Assembly (NCBI GenBank): GCA_963826015.1
Contig: CAWGVI010000008.1
Location: 12,896-76,895 of the forward strand
DNA: 64,000 nucleotides
Direction: 5' to 3'
From: an uncultured Actinomycetota bacterium
GTDB taxonomy: Bacteria > Actinomycetota > Actinomycetes > Propionibacteriales > Nocardioidaceae
Of this stretch, positions 1 to 9,191 are shown piece by piece; positions within the stretch are counted from its first letter, which is position 1, and each line of letters opens with the position of its first letter. The position numbers were made by a program, and so were the translations under genes. A model generated the notes under the pieces. The model was not told where the DNA came from and did not search any database. It saw only the letters and a list, made by a program, of their open reading frames with translations.

Positions 1-338
1 ACGTTGACCGACTTGCCGGTGCCGTAGACCAGCGACGACCACATGTCGCACCCGGCCGCGGTGTAGCCGAACGGGTGGTCCCACGTCGGCTTGACCCGGG
101 CGTTGATCAGGTTGCAGGCGCCGCTCTCGTTCGGCGACGTGCCGGCGAACAGGGACGGGAAGAACGACATCGCCATGATGACCAGCACGAGCAGGCCGGA
201 GATCCAGAACACGGGGCTGCGGACCAGCTCGTAACGGACGTCGCCCCAGAGGCTGCGGTTGCTCCCCGACTCGCCCTCGGGCCCGCCGGCGGGATCGGCG
301 GAGGTGGAGGCGGCGGTGGCCGCGCTGATGTCACTCAT
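1..338 (-). CDS. Peptide ABC transporter permease (OppC/DppC-like), runs off the window start
   Basis: Manual translation MSDISAATAAS...SLWGDVRYELVRSPVFWISGLLVLVI...PTWDHPFGYTAAGCDMWSSLVYG, an OppC N-terminal TM plus HPFG motif; ATG overlaps the upstream permease stop. Confidence 0.88.
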   Translation of the reverse strand, partial: MSDISAATAASTSADPAGGPEGESGSNRSLWGDVRYELVRSPVFWISGLLVLVIMAMSFFPSLFAGTSPNESGACNLINARVKPTWDHPFGYTAAGCDMWSSLVYGTGKSVN

Positions 339-1335
339 AGCGGATCCTCGGGTCGAGTGCGGCGTACAGGATGTCGACGAGCAGGCTGGAGATCAGGAAG
401 ACGATCGTGAGGATCGTGACCACGCCGAGGATGACCGGGGTGTCGTTGGACTGGATCGCCTGGAAGGTCAGCAGACCGATGCCCGGCACGTTGAAGATGC
501 CCTCGGTCACCAGCGAACCACCGAGCAGCAGCCCGATGTCGATGCCGATGAACGTGACCACGGGGATCAGGGAGTTGCGGAGCGTGTGGACGGCCACGAC
601 GCGACGCGTCGTGAGCCCCTTGGCCCGGGCCGTGCGCACGTAGTCGGAGCGAAGGTTCTCGATCAGGCTGGTGCGCGTGAGCCGTGCGATCGCGGCCAGG
701 GAGAACGAGCCGAGCACGAGGCCGGGCAGGAAGAGGCTCAACCAGGGGTAGTCGGTGTTGTAGCCGACCTGGAGCATCTGCCCCAACCACTCCGGTGCCC
801 AGTCGCTGTTGCGGATCGGGAGACCGAGCTTGAGGCCGACGAAGAGCACGGCGAGCGAGCCGGCCACGAAGACCGGCACCGCGATCAGCACCGAGGTGCC
901 GATCCGGACGAAGTTGTCGACGAACTTGTCCTTGCGCAGACCCGCGAGGACGCCGATGAAGATGCCGACGACGACCTCGAAGAGAAGGGCGATGCCCTGC
1001 ATCCGCAGGGTGATGCCGACCCGTTCGAAGAAGAGGTCCGTGACCTCACGGCCGCGGTAGTTCGTGCCGAAGTCGCCGTGGAAGTACTGGCCGAGGCGGT
1101 CGACGAAGAGGCCGAAGCACGGGTTGCCGGTCTGCTGGAGACACGGGTCGTCGAGGCCGTACTGGACCTGGAGCTGTTCGATGATCTCCTGCGGCGGGGC
1201 GTTCTCGCCGAAGAGTGCCCGGACCGGGTCACCGACGACCTGGATCGTGATCGCGCTCAGGAGGTGCAGCAGGAACAGTGTCCCCAGGATCACGGGGATG
1301 AACTGGATCAGTCGACGGGCCACGTAACGCCCCAT
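331..1335 (-). CDS. Peptide ABC transporter permease (OppB/DppB-like)
   Basis: MGRYVARRL, GDFG, EAA loop DYVRTARAKGL, C-terminal DILYAALDPRIR. Confidence 0.95.
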   Translation of the reverse strand: MGRYVARRLIQFIPVILGTLFLLHLLSAITIQVVGDPVRALFGENAPPQEIIEQLQVQYGLDDPCLQQTGNPCFGLFVDRLGQYFHGDFGTNYRGREVTDLFFERVGITLRMQGIALLFEVVVGIFIGVLAGLRKDKFVDNFVRIGTSVLIAVPVFVAGSLAVLFVGLKLGLPIRNSDWAPEWLGQMLQVGYNTDYPWLSLFLPGLVLGSFSLAAIARLTRTSLIENLRSDYVRTARAKGLTTRRVVAVHTLRNSLIPVVTFIGIDIGLLLGGSLVTEGIFNVPGIGLLTFQAIQSNDTPVILGVVTILTIVFLISSLLVDILYAALDPRIRYE

Positions 1336-1372
1336 GCGGAAACCCTTTCAAGTCACTCGAAGCACACCGACG

Positions 1373-1410
1373 TGAGACGGGGGCCGAGCCATCGGCCCGG
1401 CCCCCGCTCA
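1373..1410 (-). terminator. GC-rich stem-loop between binding-protein and permease genes
   Basis: Imperfect inverted repeat tgagacgggggccgagcc...ggcccggcccccgctca; such loops often stabilise SBP mRNA in ABC operons. Confidence 0.55.
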
Positions 1411-1452
1411 GGTCGCCAGTTGACGTTACCTCATGACGAGGCGGTCACTGGA

Positions 1453-3066
1453 TCACTGGGTAACGGTGATGTCCTTGAAGGCAATCTCGCCGTCGCCCTG
1501 GTCGTACCGGACGTCGCCGATGTCGTCGGAGTAGGCGATCGCCGTACCACCGCTCCACATCGGGATGATCGGCATGTCCTCGAGGGCCACGTCGCCAGCC
1601 TGCTGGTAGAACTGGATGCCCTCCTCCAGGCTGGGAGCCTCGTCGCCCTGCACGAGCAGGTCGTCGACCTCCGAGTTGGAGTACCCGGTGTAGTTGGAGT
1701 CTCCACCGGTGCCCACGATCGGGCGGAGGTAGTTCTCCGGCGACGGGTAGTCGAGCGACCAACCGAGGCGGAACGGACCGGTGAAGTCCTGGGCGTCGAG
1801 GAGCTCGAGGTACTGGGCCCACTCGGTCGACTGCAGCTTGTAGTCGAAGCCCAGGTTCTCCTGGACCTGACGGGCGGCAGCCTCGACCCAGGCGTCGTGG
1901 CCCGCGTCAGCGTTGAAGTAGAACTGGATGGTCTCGCCCTCGGCAGAGACACCAGACTCCTCGAGGATCTGCTTGGCCTGCTCCGGGTCGTAGACGCAGT
2001 AGCCACAGGCGTCGTCACGCGAGCCGGGGATCGGCGGGGTCACGATGTCGGTGGACGGGTAGGCCAGGCCGTTGAGGACCTGGTCCACGATCAGCTGGCG
2101 GTCGATGGACATCGAGATCGCCTGGCGGACCTGCGGGTTGTCGAACGGCGCCTGCGTCGTCGGGAAACCGAGGTAGGTCAGGGTCGCGGTCGGCTCCTCG
2201 ATGATGGAGTCGCCGAGCGAGCCCTTCGCCTCGAGGTAGACCTCGGGGGCAAGGCTGATCACGTCGAGGTTGCCGTTCTGGAAGTCACGGAACGCCGCGG
2301 TGGGGTTCGTGAACATCTGGAAGACGACGGTGTCGGCCTGACCGGTGATGTCACCGGCGTAGTCGGACCACTTGGTGACGGTGATCGACTCGTCGTGCTG
2401 CCACGGGCCGTCCATCATGTAGGGGCCGGTGCCGATGGGCTGCTCGTTGCACGCCTTGAGGTCGTCCATGCACTCCTGCGCCATCGGCGCGAAGGCCGGG
2501 GCGTAGGACATCTGCTGGCCGAACTGCGAGAAGGGGCCGTTGAGGGTGACCTCGAAGGTGGTCTCGTCGACGACCTTGAAGCCGCTCATCGTCTTGCCCT
2601 CACCAGCGCCCTCGATGCGGGAGAGGAAGCCGGCGGTGGCCATGGCGTTCTTGGGGTCCTGCGAGTAGCTCCACGCACGCTCGAAGGACGCGGCGTCGAC
2701 GGGCTCGCCGTTCTGGAACGTGCGGCCCTCCTTGAGGGTGACGGTCCAGACCGTCTGCTCCTCGTTGGGCTCGATGCTCTCGGCCAGACCGTCGAAGATC
2801 AGCTCGCCGGACTCAGCGTCGGTGGTGACCAGCGGGTCGTTGACCATGTCGAGGATGGCCGAGCACTCGGACTCGTAGCAGTTCTGGGCGGGGGCGAGGA
2901 ACGAGGGCTCCGTCACCTCGGCGATGTACTCGCCGCCGGGCTGGCCGCTGGGCTCGCCGCCCGAGTCGGGGGGGTTCTCCTCGCTGCTGCCGCCACCACA
3001 GGCGGCGAGCCCGAGCACGAGCGCCGCTGCCACGGCGGTCGCACGCAAAGGCGTCCTGACCTTCAT
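1453..3066 (-). CDS. Peptide ABC transporter substrate-binding lipoprotein (family 5)
   Basis: Lipobox LAAC, PIGTGPY, PFDNPQVRQAIS motifs; RBS AAGGAGG. Confidence 0.95.
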   Translation of the reverse strand: MKVRTPLRATAVAAALVLGLAACGGGSSEENPPDSGGEPSGQPGGEYIAEVTEPSFLAPAQNCYESECSAILDMVNDPLVTTDAESGELIFDGLAESIEPNEEQTVWTVTLKEGRTFQNGEPVDAASFERAWSYSQDPKNAMATAGFLSRIEGAGEGKTMSGFKVVDETTFEVTLNGPFSQFGQQMSYAPAFAPMAQECMDDLKACNEQPIGTGPYMMDGPWQHDESITVTKWSDYAGDITGQADTVVFQMFTNPTAAFRDFQNGNLDVISLAPEVYLEAKGSLGDSIIEEPTATLTYLGFPTTQAPFDNPQVRQAISMSIDRQLIVDQVLNGLAYPSTDIVTPPIPGSRDDACGYCVYDPEQAKQILEESGVSAEGETIQFYFNADAGHDAWVEAAARQVQENLGFDYKLQSTEWAQYLELLDAQDFTGPFRLGWSLDYPSPENYLRPIVGTGGDSNYTGYSNSEVDDLLVQGDEAPSLEEGIQFYQQAGDVALEDMPIIPMWSGGTAIAYSDDIGDVRYDQGDGEIAFKDITVTQ

Positions 3067-3256
3067 AGGTCCTCCTTGAAGAATGTGCGCATGAAACGCT
3101 TAGCGCCGCCAACCATGTCTTGTGTCACAAGGGCTGGCAAGCACCGACTCGCATCGTTATCGGACCGTGTCCACCCCTCCACCGGGCCGTCATGAGCCCG
3201 TCACTGGACCGTGACACGCGGGTCCCGGGATCGGTTCGGAGCCGGGCGAGACGAGG

Positions 3257-3808
3257 TCAGGCGTCGTCCGTGAACGGAGCGACCAGACCCGGGCGGTCGG
3301 CGACGACGAGGCGTCCGCCGGGCACGTCGACCTCCGGGACCAGCTCGGACACGAAGGGCACCAGAGCCTCGCGGCCGTCCGTGGTGCGGATCGCGAGCAG
3401 GTCCTGGGCGCCACCGTGGACCAGGGCCGTGACCACGCCGAGCGCGCGGCCCTCGAGGTCGTGCACGGCCAGCCCGACCAGCTGGTGGTCGTAGAACTCG
3501 TCGGGGTCCGCGGGGGTCTCCCACGGGTCGACGCTCACCGACAGCACGATCCCCCGGGCCGCCTCGGCCGCGGTGCGGTCGGCGAGCTCCTCGAAGGTGA
3601 CCAGCAGCCGGCCCTGGTGCCAGCGGGTGCGGCCCACCGTGAGGGAGGTGTACGACGCGGCGGACCCGCGCGGCGGCTCGGCGCGCAGCGTCGTACCGGC
3701 GGCGAACCGGCGGTCGGGCTCGTCCGTGCGGACCTCGACGGTCACCTCACCGCGCAGGCCGTGGGGCTTGCCCACCCGGCCGACCACGACGTCGATCTGC
3801 TCGCTCAC
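3257..3808 (-). CDS. rimM: Ribosome maturation factor RimM
   Basis: VGRVGKPHGLRGEV, DEFYDHQLVGL, ALVPFV; GTG start preceded by TAGGCT. Confidence 0.95.
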   Translation of the reverse strand: MSEQIDVVVGRVGKPHGLRGEVTVEVRTDEPDRRFAAGTTLRAEPPRGSAASYTSLTVGRTRWHQGRLLVTFEELADRTAAEAARGIVLSVSVDPWETPADPDEFYDHQLVGLAVHDLEGRALGVVTALVHGGAQDLLAIRTTDGREALVPFVSELVPEVDVPGGRLVVADRPGLVAPFTDDA

Positions 3809-3905
3809 GGGGAGCAAGCCTAGGGAACGGCCCGGGACGCCGACCGGGCGCCACCCACGAGGGGTGACGCCCGGTCGGGACGTGCAGGTGCCGGTCGGTG
3901 CCGGA

Positions 3906-4145
3906 TCAGTGGCGGTCGACGTCCACGAAGTCGATCCGTGCGCCGCCGCGGCCCGCGAGGGCCGAGACGACGGTGCGGAACGCGGTCGCGGTCCGGCCAC
4001 CGCGGCCGATGACCTTCCCGAGGTCGTCGGGGTGGACCCGGACCTCCAGGAGCGAGCCACGGCGCAGCTGCTTGTCACGCACGGTCACGTCGTCGGGGTG
4101 CTCGACGACACCGCGGACGAGGTGCTCGAGGGCCTCGGCGAGCAC
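3906..4145 (-). CDS. khpA: KH-domain RNA-binding protein KhpA
   Basis: DLGKVIGRGGRTA GxxG motif; located between rpsP and rimM. Confidence 0.93.
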   Translation of the reverse strand: MLAEALEHLVRGVVEHPDDVTVRDKQLRRGSLLEVRVHPDDLGKVIGRGGRTATAFRTVVSALAGRGGARIDFVDVDRH

Positions 4146-4147
4146 GC

Positions 4148-4729
4148 TCAGGCCTCGCTCTTGCCGGCGTCCTCGGCGGTGATCTCCTCGGAGGACTCCG
4201 CCTGCTCGGCGGCACCCTCCGGGGTCTCCGACGCGGGGACGGCCCTCGGCTCCTCGGCCTTGGGCTCCTCGGCCTTCGGCTCCTCGGCCTTCGGCTCCTC
4301 GACCTTGGGCTCCTCGGCCTTCTCCTCGGCGGGAGCGGCCTTCTTCGCGGCGGCCTTCTTGGTCGTGGCGCCGGCCTTGGGCTCCTTGGCCGCGTCCTTC
4401 AGCGCCTCGTTGAAGAGCTCGAGCTTGTCGCGCTTGGGCTCGGCGACCCGGAGGGTCCCCTCGGCACCGGGCTCGCCCCGGAACTTCTGCCAGTCACCGG
4501 TGATCTTCAGGATCGCGGCGACCGCGTCGGACGGCTGCGCGCCGACGCCGAGCCAGTACTGCGCCCGGTCGGAGGTGACGTCGATGTAGGACGGGTCCTC
4601 CTTGGGGTGGTACTTGCCGATCTCCTCGATCACTCGACCGTCGCGCTTCTTGCGCGAGTCGACGACGACGATGCGGTACTGCGGGACCCGGATCTTGCCC
4701 AGGCGCTTCAAACGGATCTTGACGGCCAC
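4148..4729 (-). CDS. rpsP: 30S ribosomal protein S16 with long Lys/Glu/Ala C-terminal extension
   Basis: (M)[11 protein letters not shown]...YRIVVVDSR...GAQPS; GTG start after RBS GAGGAG. Confidence 0.97.
   Translation of the reverse strand: MAVKIRLKRLGKIRVPQYRIVVVDSRKKRDGRVIEEIGKYHPKEDPSYIDVTSDRAQYWLGVGAQPSDAVAAILKITGDWQKFRGEPGAEGTLRVAEPKRDKLELFNEALKDAAKEPKAGATTKKAAAKKAAPAEEKAEEPKVEEPKAEEPKAEEPKAEEPRAVPASETPEGAAEQAESSEEITAEDAGKSEA
4248..4325. repeat. 15-bp coding tandem repeat (EEPKA, about 5 copies) in the rpsP tail
   Basis: ggctcctcggcctt units repeated with 15-nt period. Confidence 0.8.
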
Positions 4730-4909
4730 GTCTGTGGTGTCTCCTCGGAATAAGTGTGGTGGTGAGGTCCGCTGCGTCCGGGTGGGGTCCGGACGGATCC
4801 TCGATGGCGGCACGACCCACGGATGAGAGGGTCCGGTGGTCGCGCGACTCAGCGCATCATTCTGCCAGAGCACGGCGCTGCCACCGAATCCAGCACCTAG
4901 GCTGCCTCC

Positions 4910-5308
4910 ATGGAGCAGAGCCGCTCGATGCCGCAGGACGCCGTCATCCCGGTGCTGGGCTACCCGTCGGTCCCCGACGCGATCGCCTGGCTGACCCGCG
5001 CGTTCGGGTTCACGCTGCGCTGGCAGCTCGGTGACCACCGCGCCCAGCTCGGGGTCGGCGACACCGCGGCGATCGCGATCACCCACGGCGTGCCGCCCGA
5101 GGCGTCCGACCACGTGATGGTCCGGGTGGAGGACGTCGACAGGCACGTGGAGCGGGCGATGGCTGGCGGCGCGGTCTGCGAGGAGGCCGCGGACCACCCC
5201 TACGGCGAGCGGCAGTACGTCGCCACCGACCCGTGGGGCCGGACCTGGCTGTTCTCCCAGACGATCGCGGACGTCGACCCCAGCTCCTGGGGCGCGGTCA
5301 GCGGCTGA
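4910..5308 (+). CDS. VOC/glyoxalase (PhnB-like) family protein
   Basis: [38 protein letters not shown]; TAGGCT 6 nt before ATG. Confidence 0.85.
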   Translation: MEQSRSMPQDAVIPVLGYPSVPDAIAWLTRAFGFTLRWQLGDHRAQLGVGDTAAIAITHGVPPEASDHVMVRVEDVDRHVERAMAGGAVCEEAADHPYGERQYVATDPWGRTWLFSQTIADVDPSSWGAVSG

Positions 5309-6371
5309 CGACCTGCCCGCGGAGCACGACGCACGTCGGGCGGCGCAGGGTCTCCACGTCGACGCGCGGGTCGGCGTCGTACACGACGAAGTCGGCGGGT
5401 GCTCCGTCCTCGAGGCACGGGTGGCCCAGCCACGCGCGGGCCCGCCAGCTCGCGGCGCCCAGGGCGTCGTGGAGAGGGATCCCGATCCGGTGCAGGGCGG
5501 CGATCTCGCCGGCGATGTTGCCGTGCCGGCTGATCCCGCCGCCGTCGGAGCCGGCGTAGATCGGGACGCCCGCCTCGTAGGCGGCCATGATCGTGGCCGG
5601 CATCCGGTCGTAGAGGTCGGTCATCGTGGTCGCGTAGTCGGGGAAGCGCTCGCCCCCGGCCGCCGCGTGCTCGGGGAACTTGTCGAGCTGCATGACCGTC
5701 GGCACCAGGGACGTGCCGCGCGCGACCATCTCGTCGACGAGGTCCTCGGTCAGGCCGGTGCCGTGCTCGATGCAGTCGATGCCGGCCCGGATCAGGCCCG
5801 GCAGCACGCCGGCGCCGAAGCAGTGTGCGGTGACCTTCGCGCCCTCGGCGTGCGCCGCCTCGATCGCGGCGGCGAACGCCTCGGCCGGGAAGCTCGGGGC
5901 CAGGTCGCCCTCGCCGCGGTCGATCCAGTCGCCGACCAGCTTGATCCAGCCGTCGCCGTTGCGCGCCTCCCGGGCGGCGTACGCCGGCAGGTCGTCGGGC
6001 TCGACCTCGTGGGCGTAGTTGCGGATGTAGCGCCGGGTGCGACCGAGGTGGCGCCCGCAGCGGATCAGCCGGGGCAGGTCGTCGCGGGACTGGATCCAGC
6101 GGGTGTCGGCCGCGCTGCCGGCGTCGCGGATGAGCAGGGCTCCGCCGTCGCGGTCGTCGATCGCCTGCTGCTCGGTCTCCTCCTCGGTCGTGGCGCCGAA
6201 GTCGTCGAGGCCGAGGTGGCAGTGGGCGTCCACCAGTCCGGGGACGATCCAGCCGCTGGCCACGGTGTCGGCTCCGGGCTGGGGCTCGGAGGTGACGTGG
6301 CCGTCGACGACGTACAGGTCACGTGCCTCGCCGTCGGGCAGCACCGGGCCGGAGAACCTCAGGGCGGTCAT
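5298..6371 (-). CDS. Amidohydrolase family protein
   Basis: PGLVDAHCH metal motif, [20 protein letters not shown]. Confidence 0.9.
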   Translation of the reverse strand: MTALRFSGPVLPDGEARDLYVVDGHVTSEPQPGADTVASGWIVPGLVDAHCHLGLDDFGATTEEETEQQAIDDRDGGALLIRDAGSAADTRWIQSRDDLPRLIRCGRHLGRTRRYIRNYAHEVEPDDLPAYAAREARNGDGWIKLVGDWIDRGEGDLAPSFPAEAFAAAIEAAHAEGAKVTAHCFGAGVLPGLIRAGIDCIEHGTGLTEDLVDEMVARGTSLVPTVMQLDKFPEHAAAGGERFPDYATTMTDLYDRMPATIMAAYEAGVPIYAGSDGGGISRHGNIAGEIAALHRIGIPLHDALGAASWRARAWLGHPCLEDGAPADFVVYDADPRVDVETLRRPTCVVLRGQVVSR

Positions 6372-6394
6372 ACCCGGCGACGCTAGCCGACGCC

Positions 6395-6760
6395 TCACTC
6401 GCAGCGGTCGAGCAACCACGTGGGCGAGAGGACCTGGGCCGGCGCGACGTTCGCCGCGAGCGCCCGGTCGGCGGTGACGACCGTGACCTGGTGTCCGGCC
6501 GCGGCGGCCAGCCCGGCCTGGCGGCGGATCTCGGAGTCGCCGTCCTTGCTGGCGTGGACGACCCGCAGCGACGTCGCTCCCCCGGCCCGGACGCCCTGCT
6601 TGGCCTGTCCCTCGAGCACCAGCACGATCTGCTCGTGCGGCACGTCGGCGTGGAGCAGCGCGTCGTGCAACCGGGACGCCGCCCCGGCGCGGTCCTTCCA
6701 CCAGCCGTCGGGCCGGGCCCCGACGACGTTGGCGCCGTCGACGACGAGGACGCGGCTCAT
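6395..6760 (-). CDS. NYN/PIN-like domain protein
   Basis: VVDGANVVG...GDSEI...VVTADRAL acidic motifs typical of NYN folds. Confidence 0.75.
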   Translation of the reverse strand: MSRVLVVDGANVVGARPDGWWKDRAGAASRLHDALLHADVPHEQIVLVLEGQAKQGVRAGGATSLRVVHASKDGDSEIRRQAGLAAAAGHQVTVVTADRALAANVAPAQVLSPTWLLDRCE

Positions 6761-6788
6761 GCCCGGCTCATGCCTGGCTCATGCCTGG
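6756..6788. repeat. 11-bp tandem repeat x3 over the NYN start codon
   Basis: ctcatgcccgg ctcatgcctgg ctcatgcctgg. Confidence 0.85.
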
Positions 6789-6912
6789 ACCTCGCGAGGT
6801 CCGTGGGAGATGAGGCGCACGACAGCGGAAGGCAGCGTCCATGACCACGAAATCCAGCGTAGTGGCTCATGTCCGACGCATCACTAGTCCTCCGCTCCGC
6901 AGGCGTGCACAG

Positions 6913-6953
6913 GAGTAGGCGGCGCATGCGGGAGGCGCACGCGCCGCCTACTC
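6913..6953. terminator. 13-bp perfect inverted repeat (terminator or REP-like)
   Basis: gagtaggcggcgc ... gcgccgcctactc just downstream of the 6989..7339 gene. Confidence 0.55.
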
Positions 6954-6988
6954 ACGCCCGGGACGGAGCTCGCTCGGCAGGTCGTGGC

Positions 6989-7339
6989 TCAGGACTTGTA
7001 GGGGTCCGGGTCCTCGCAGCCGTAAGAGTCCTCGCAGGGGACGCCGACGTAGTAGCTGATGCCGAGGGGCTTGCCGCGCTTGTTGGTGATGGCGGTCTGG
7101 GTGATGGTGCCGTCGAAGGCGACGTACACGGTGGTGATCCGCGTACCGGCCTTGACGCAGACCTCAGTGCCCGGAGCGAGGTCGGTCTGGACGGTGTTGC
7201 TGGCGCCGTCGGTCTCGACCTTCACCGAGCCCTCCGTGGAGGGGCAGTGCTCGGTGACCGCGTGAGCGGCCGGCGTACCGACCATGGTCGCGGCACAGAC
7301 AGCGGCGACGACCAGGCCAGACTTGATACGTGCGTGCAT
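6989..7339 (-). CDS. Small secreted Cys-containing hypothetical protein
   Basis: Signal peptide ending PAAHA, four Cys in the mature part, RBS AAGGGGG. Confidence 0.75.
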   Translation of the reverse strand: MHARIKSGLVVAAVCAATMVGTPAAHAVTEHCPSTEGSVKVETDGASNTVQTDLAPGTEVCVKAGTRITTVYVAFDGTITQTAITNKRGKPLGISYYVGVPCEDSYGCEDPDPYKS

Positions 7340-7564
7340 GGGAAGTTCCCCCTTGTAGTGGAAGACGTTGCTCGTCGTAGTAGGTGACACCGGAGCTGCG
7401 CACGGACGGACGGGCGCCTTGATGTCGCCCAAGTTGGGTAGGAGCTTCTGCACAGGGACTAGACAAGTCGGCTTGGCAGCTACCCCTCACAGCCTCACGA
7501 CACGGGGCCTCCCCCAGGCCGCCAGAGCTGCTCGGGTACTCGTCGCAGCGACCCCGTCCGAACC

Positions 7565-9127
7565 TCACTTGAGGTACTGGGAGAAGTCCTTCGGCAGGTC
7601 GAGCGCCGCTGCGGCGGCCTCGTAGTCGACCGGCTCCGCAGCCGGGTCGCCGAAGGGGTGGTCGGCACCGGCCGCGGTCTTGTCCTGCTCGGCCTTCTTC
7701 TGCGCGGCGGCCTTGGCGGGATTGCCGGAGGTCCGCTTGCCCTTGCCCTTCTTGGGCTGCTGCTTCCCGCGCTTGCCGGGGCTGGGCATCCCCGGCATCG
7801 GGGGCATGCCGGGCATCCCGCCCCCCTTGGCCATCTGGAGCATCATCTTGCGGGCCTCGAAGAACCGGTCGACGAGCTGGTTGACGTCGGAGACCTGGCG
7901 GCCCGAGCCCTTGGCGATGCGCAGTCGGCGGGAGCCGTCGATCAGCTTGGGGTTGGCGCGCTCGGCCGGCGTCATCGACTGGATGACCGCCTGGATCCGG
8001 TCGATCTCGCGCTCGTCGAAGTTCTCCAGCTGGTCGCGGAACTGCCCCATCCCGGGCAGCATCCCCATGATCTTCGACAGCGAGCCGAGCTTGCGGACCT
8101 GCTGCATCTGCTCGAGGAAGTCGTCGAGGGTGAACTCGCCGCCCTGGCCGGTGAGCTTCTGGGCCGCCTTGAGTGCCTGGTCCTGGTCGAAGGTCTTCTC
8201 GGCCTGCTCGATCAGGGTGAGCATGTCGCCCATGTCGAGGATGCGGGAGGCCATCCGGTCGGGGTGGAAGAGGTCGAAGTCCGTCATCTTCTCGCCGGCG
8301 GAGGCGAACATGACCGGCTTGCCGGTGACCTTCGCGATCGACAGCGCGGCACCACCGCGGGCGTCACCGTCGAGCTTGGTGAGCACGACCCCGTCGTACC
8401 CCACGCCCTCGAGGAACGCCTGGGCGGTGACGACGGCGTCCTGGCCGATCATGGCGTCGACGACGAAGAGGACCTCGTCGGGCTGCACGGCGTCGCGGAT
8501 GTCGGCGGCCTGCTGCATCAGCTCGGCGTCGACGCCGAGGCGGCCCGCGGTGTCGACGATGACGACGTCGTGGAGCTTGCGCCTGGCCTCCTCGATCGAG
8601 GCCCGCGCGACCGACACCGGGTCGCCGACGCCGTTGCCGGGCTCGGGCGCGAAGACCGGCACGCCGACCCGCTCGCCGTTGACCTGGAGCTGGTTGACGG
8701 CGTTGGGGCGCTGGAGGTCGGCCGCCACCAGCAGCGGCGCCTTGTCCTGCTCCTTGAGCCAGAGCGCCAGCTTCGCGGCCAGCGTCGTCTTGCCGGCACC
8801 CTGGAGGCCGGCCAGCATGATGACCGTCGGGCCGGTCTTGGCGTAGCGCAGCCGCCGGGTCTCCCCACCCAGGATCGTGACCAGCTCGTCGTTGACGATC
8901 TTGACGATCTGCTGGGCCGGGTTCAGCGCCGAGCTGACCTCCTCGCCGCGGGCGCGCTCCTTGACGGCGGCGACGAAGTCCTTGACGACCGGCAGCGCGA
9001 CGTCGGCCTCGAGCAGCGCGATCCGGATCTCGCGCGCGGTGGCGTCGATGTCGGCCTCGGACAGCTTGCCCTTGCCCCGGAGGTTCTTGAAGGTGTCGGC
9101 GAGCCGGTCGGAGAGAGTGGCGAACAC
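7565..9127 (-). CDS. ffh: Signal recognition particle protein Ffh
   Basis: GLQGAGKTT, DTAGR, TKLDGDARGG, Met-rich M domain. Confidence 0.98.
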   Translation of the reverse strand: MFATLSDRLADTFKNLRGKGKLSEADIDATAREIRIALLEADVALPVVKDFVAAVKERARGEEVSSALNPAQQIVKIVNDELVTILGGETRRLRYAKTGPTVIMLAGLQGAGKTTLAAKLALWLKEQDKAPLLVAADLQRPNAVNQLQVNGERVGVPVFAPEPGNGVGDPVSVARASIEEARRKLHDVVIVDTAGRLGVDAELMQQAADIRDAVQPDEVLFVVDAMIGQDAVVTAQAFLEGVGYDGVVLTKLDGDARGGAALSIAKVTGKPVMFASAGEKMTDFDLFHPDRMASRILDMGDMLTLIEQAEKTFDQDQALKAAQKLTGQGGEFTLDDFLEQMQQVRKLGSLSKIMGMLPGMGQFRDQLENFDEREIDRIQAVIQSMTPAERANPKLIDGSRRLRIAKGSGRQVSDVNQLVDRFFEARKMMLQMAKGGGMPGMPPMPGMPSPGKRGKQQPKKGKGKRTSGNPAKAAAQKKAEQDKTAAGADHPFGDPAAEPVDYEAAAAALDLPKDFSQYLK

Positions 9128-9191
9128 GTGGCTTCCTGGCACTGGTGGGTGGGCGGCTGGACAGTGGCCAACCCTAGCCCGGGACCGGCGA

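Noticed and set aside
259-3195. Long antisense ORFs here and elsewhere (for example 21831-25265, 42870-44273, 51325-53424)
   Set aside because: Shadow frames of real genes in high-GC DNA with no motifs
7340-7560. Riboswitch (for example c-di-AMP) upstream of the secreted protein
   Set aside because: I could not find the conserved motifs of any family I know; an Rfam scan would settle it
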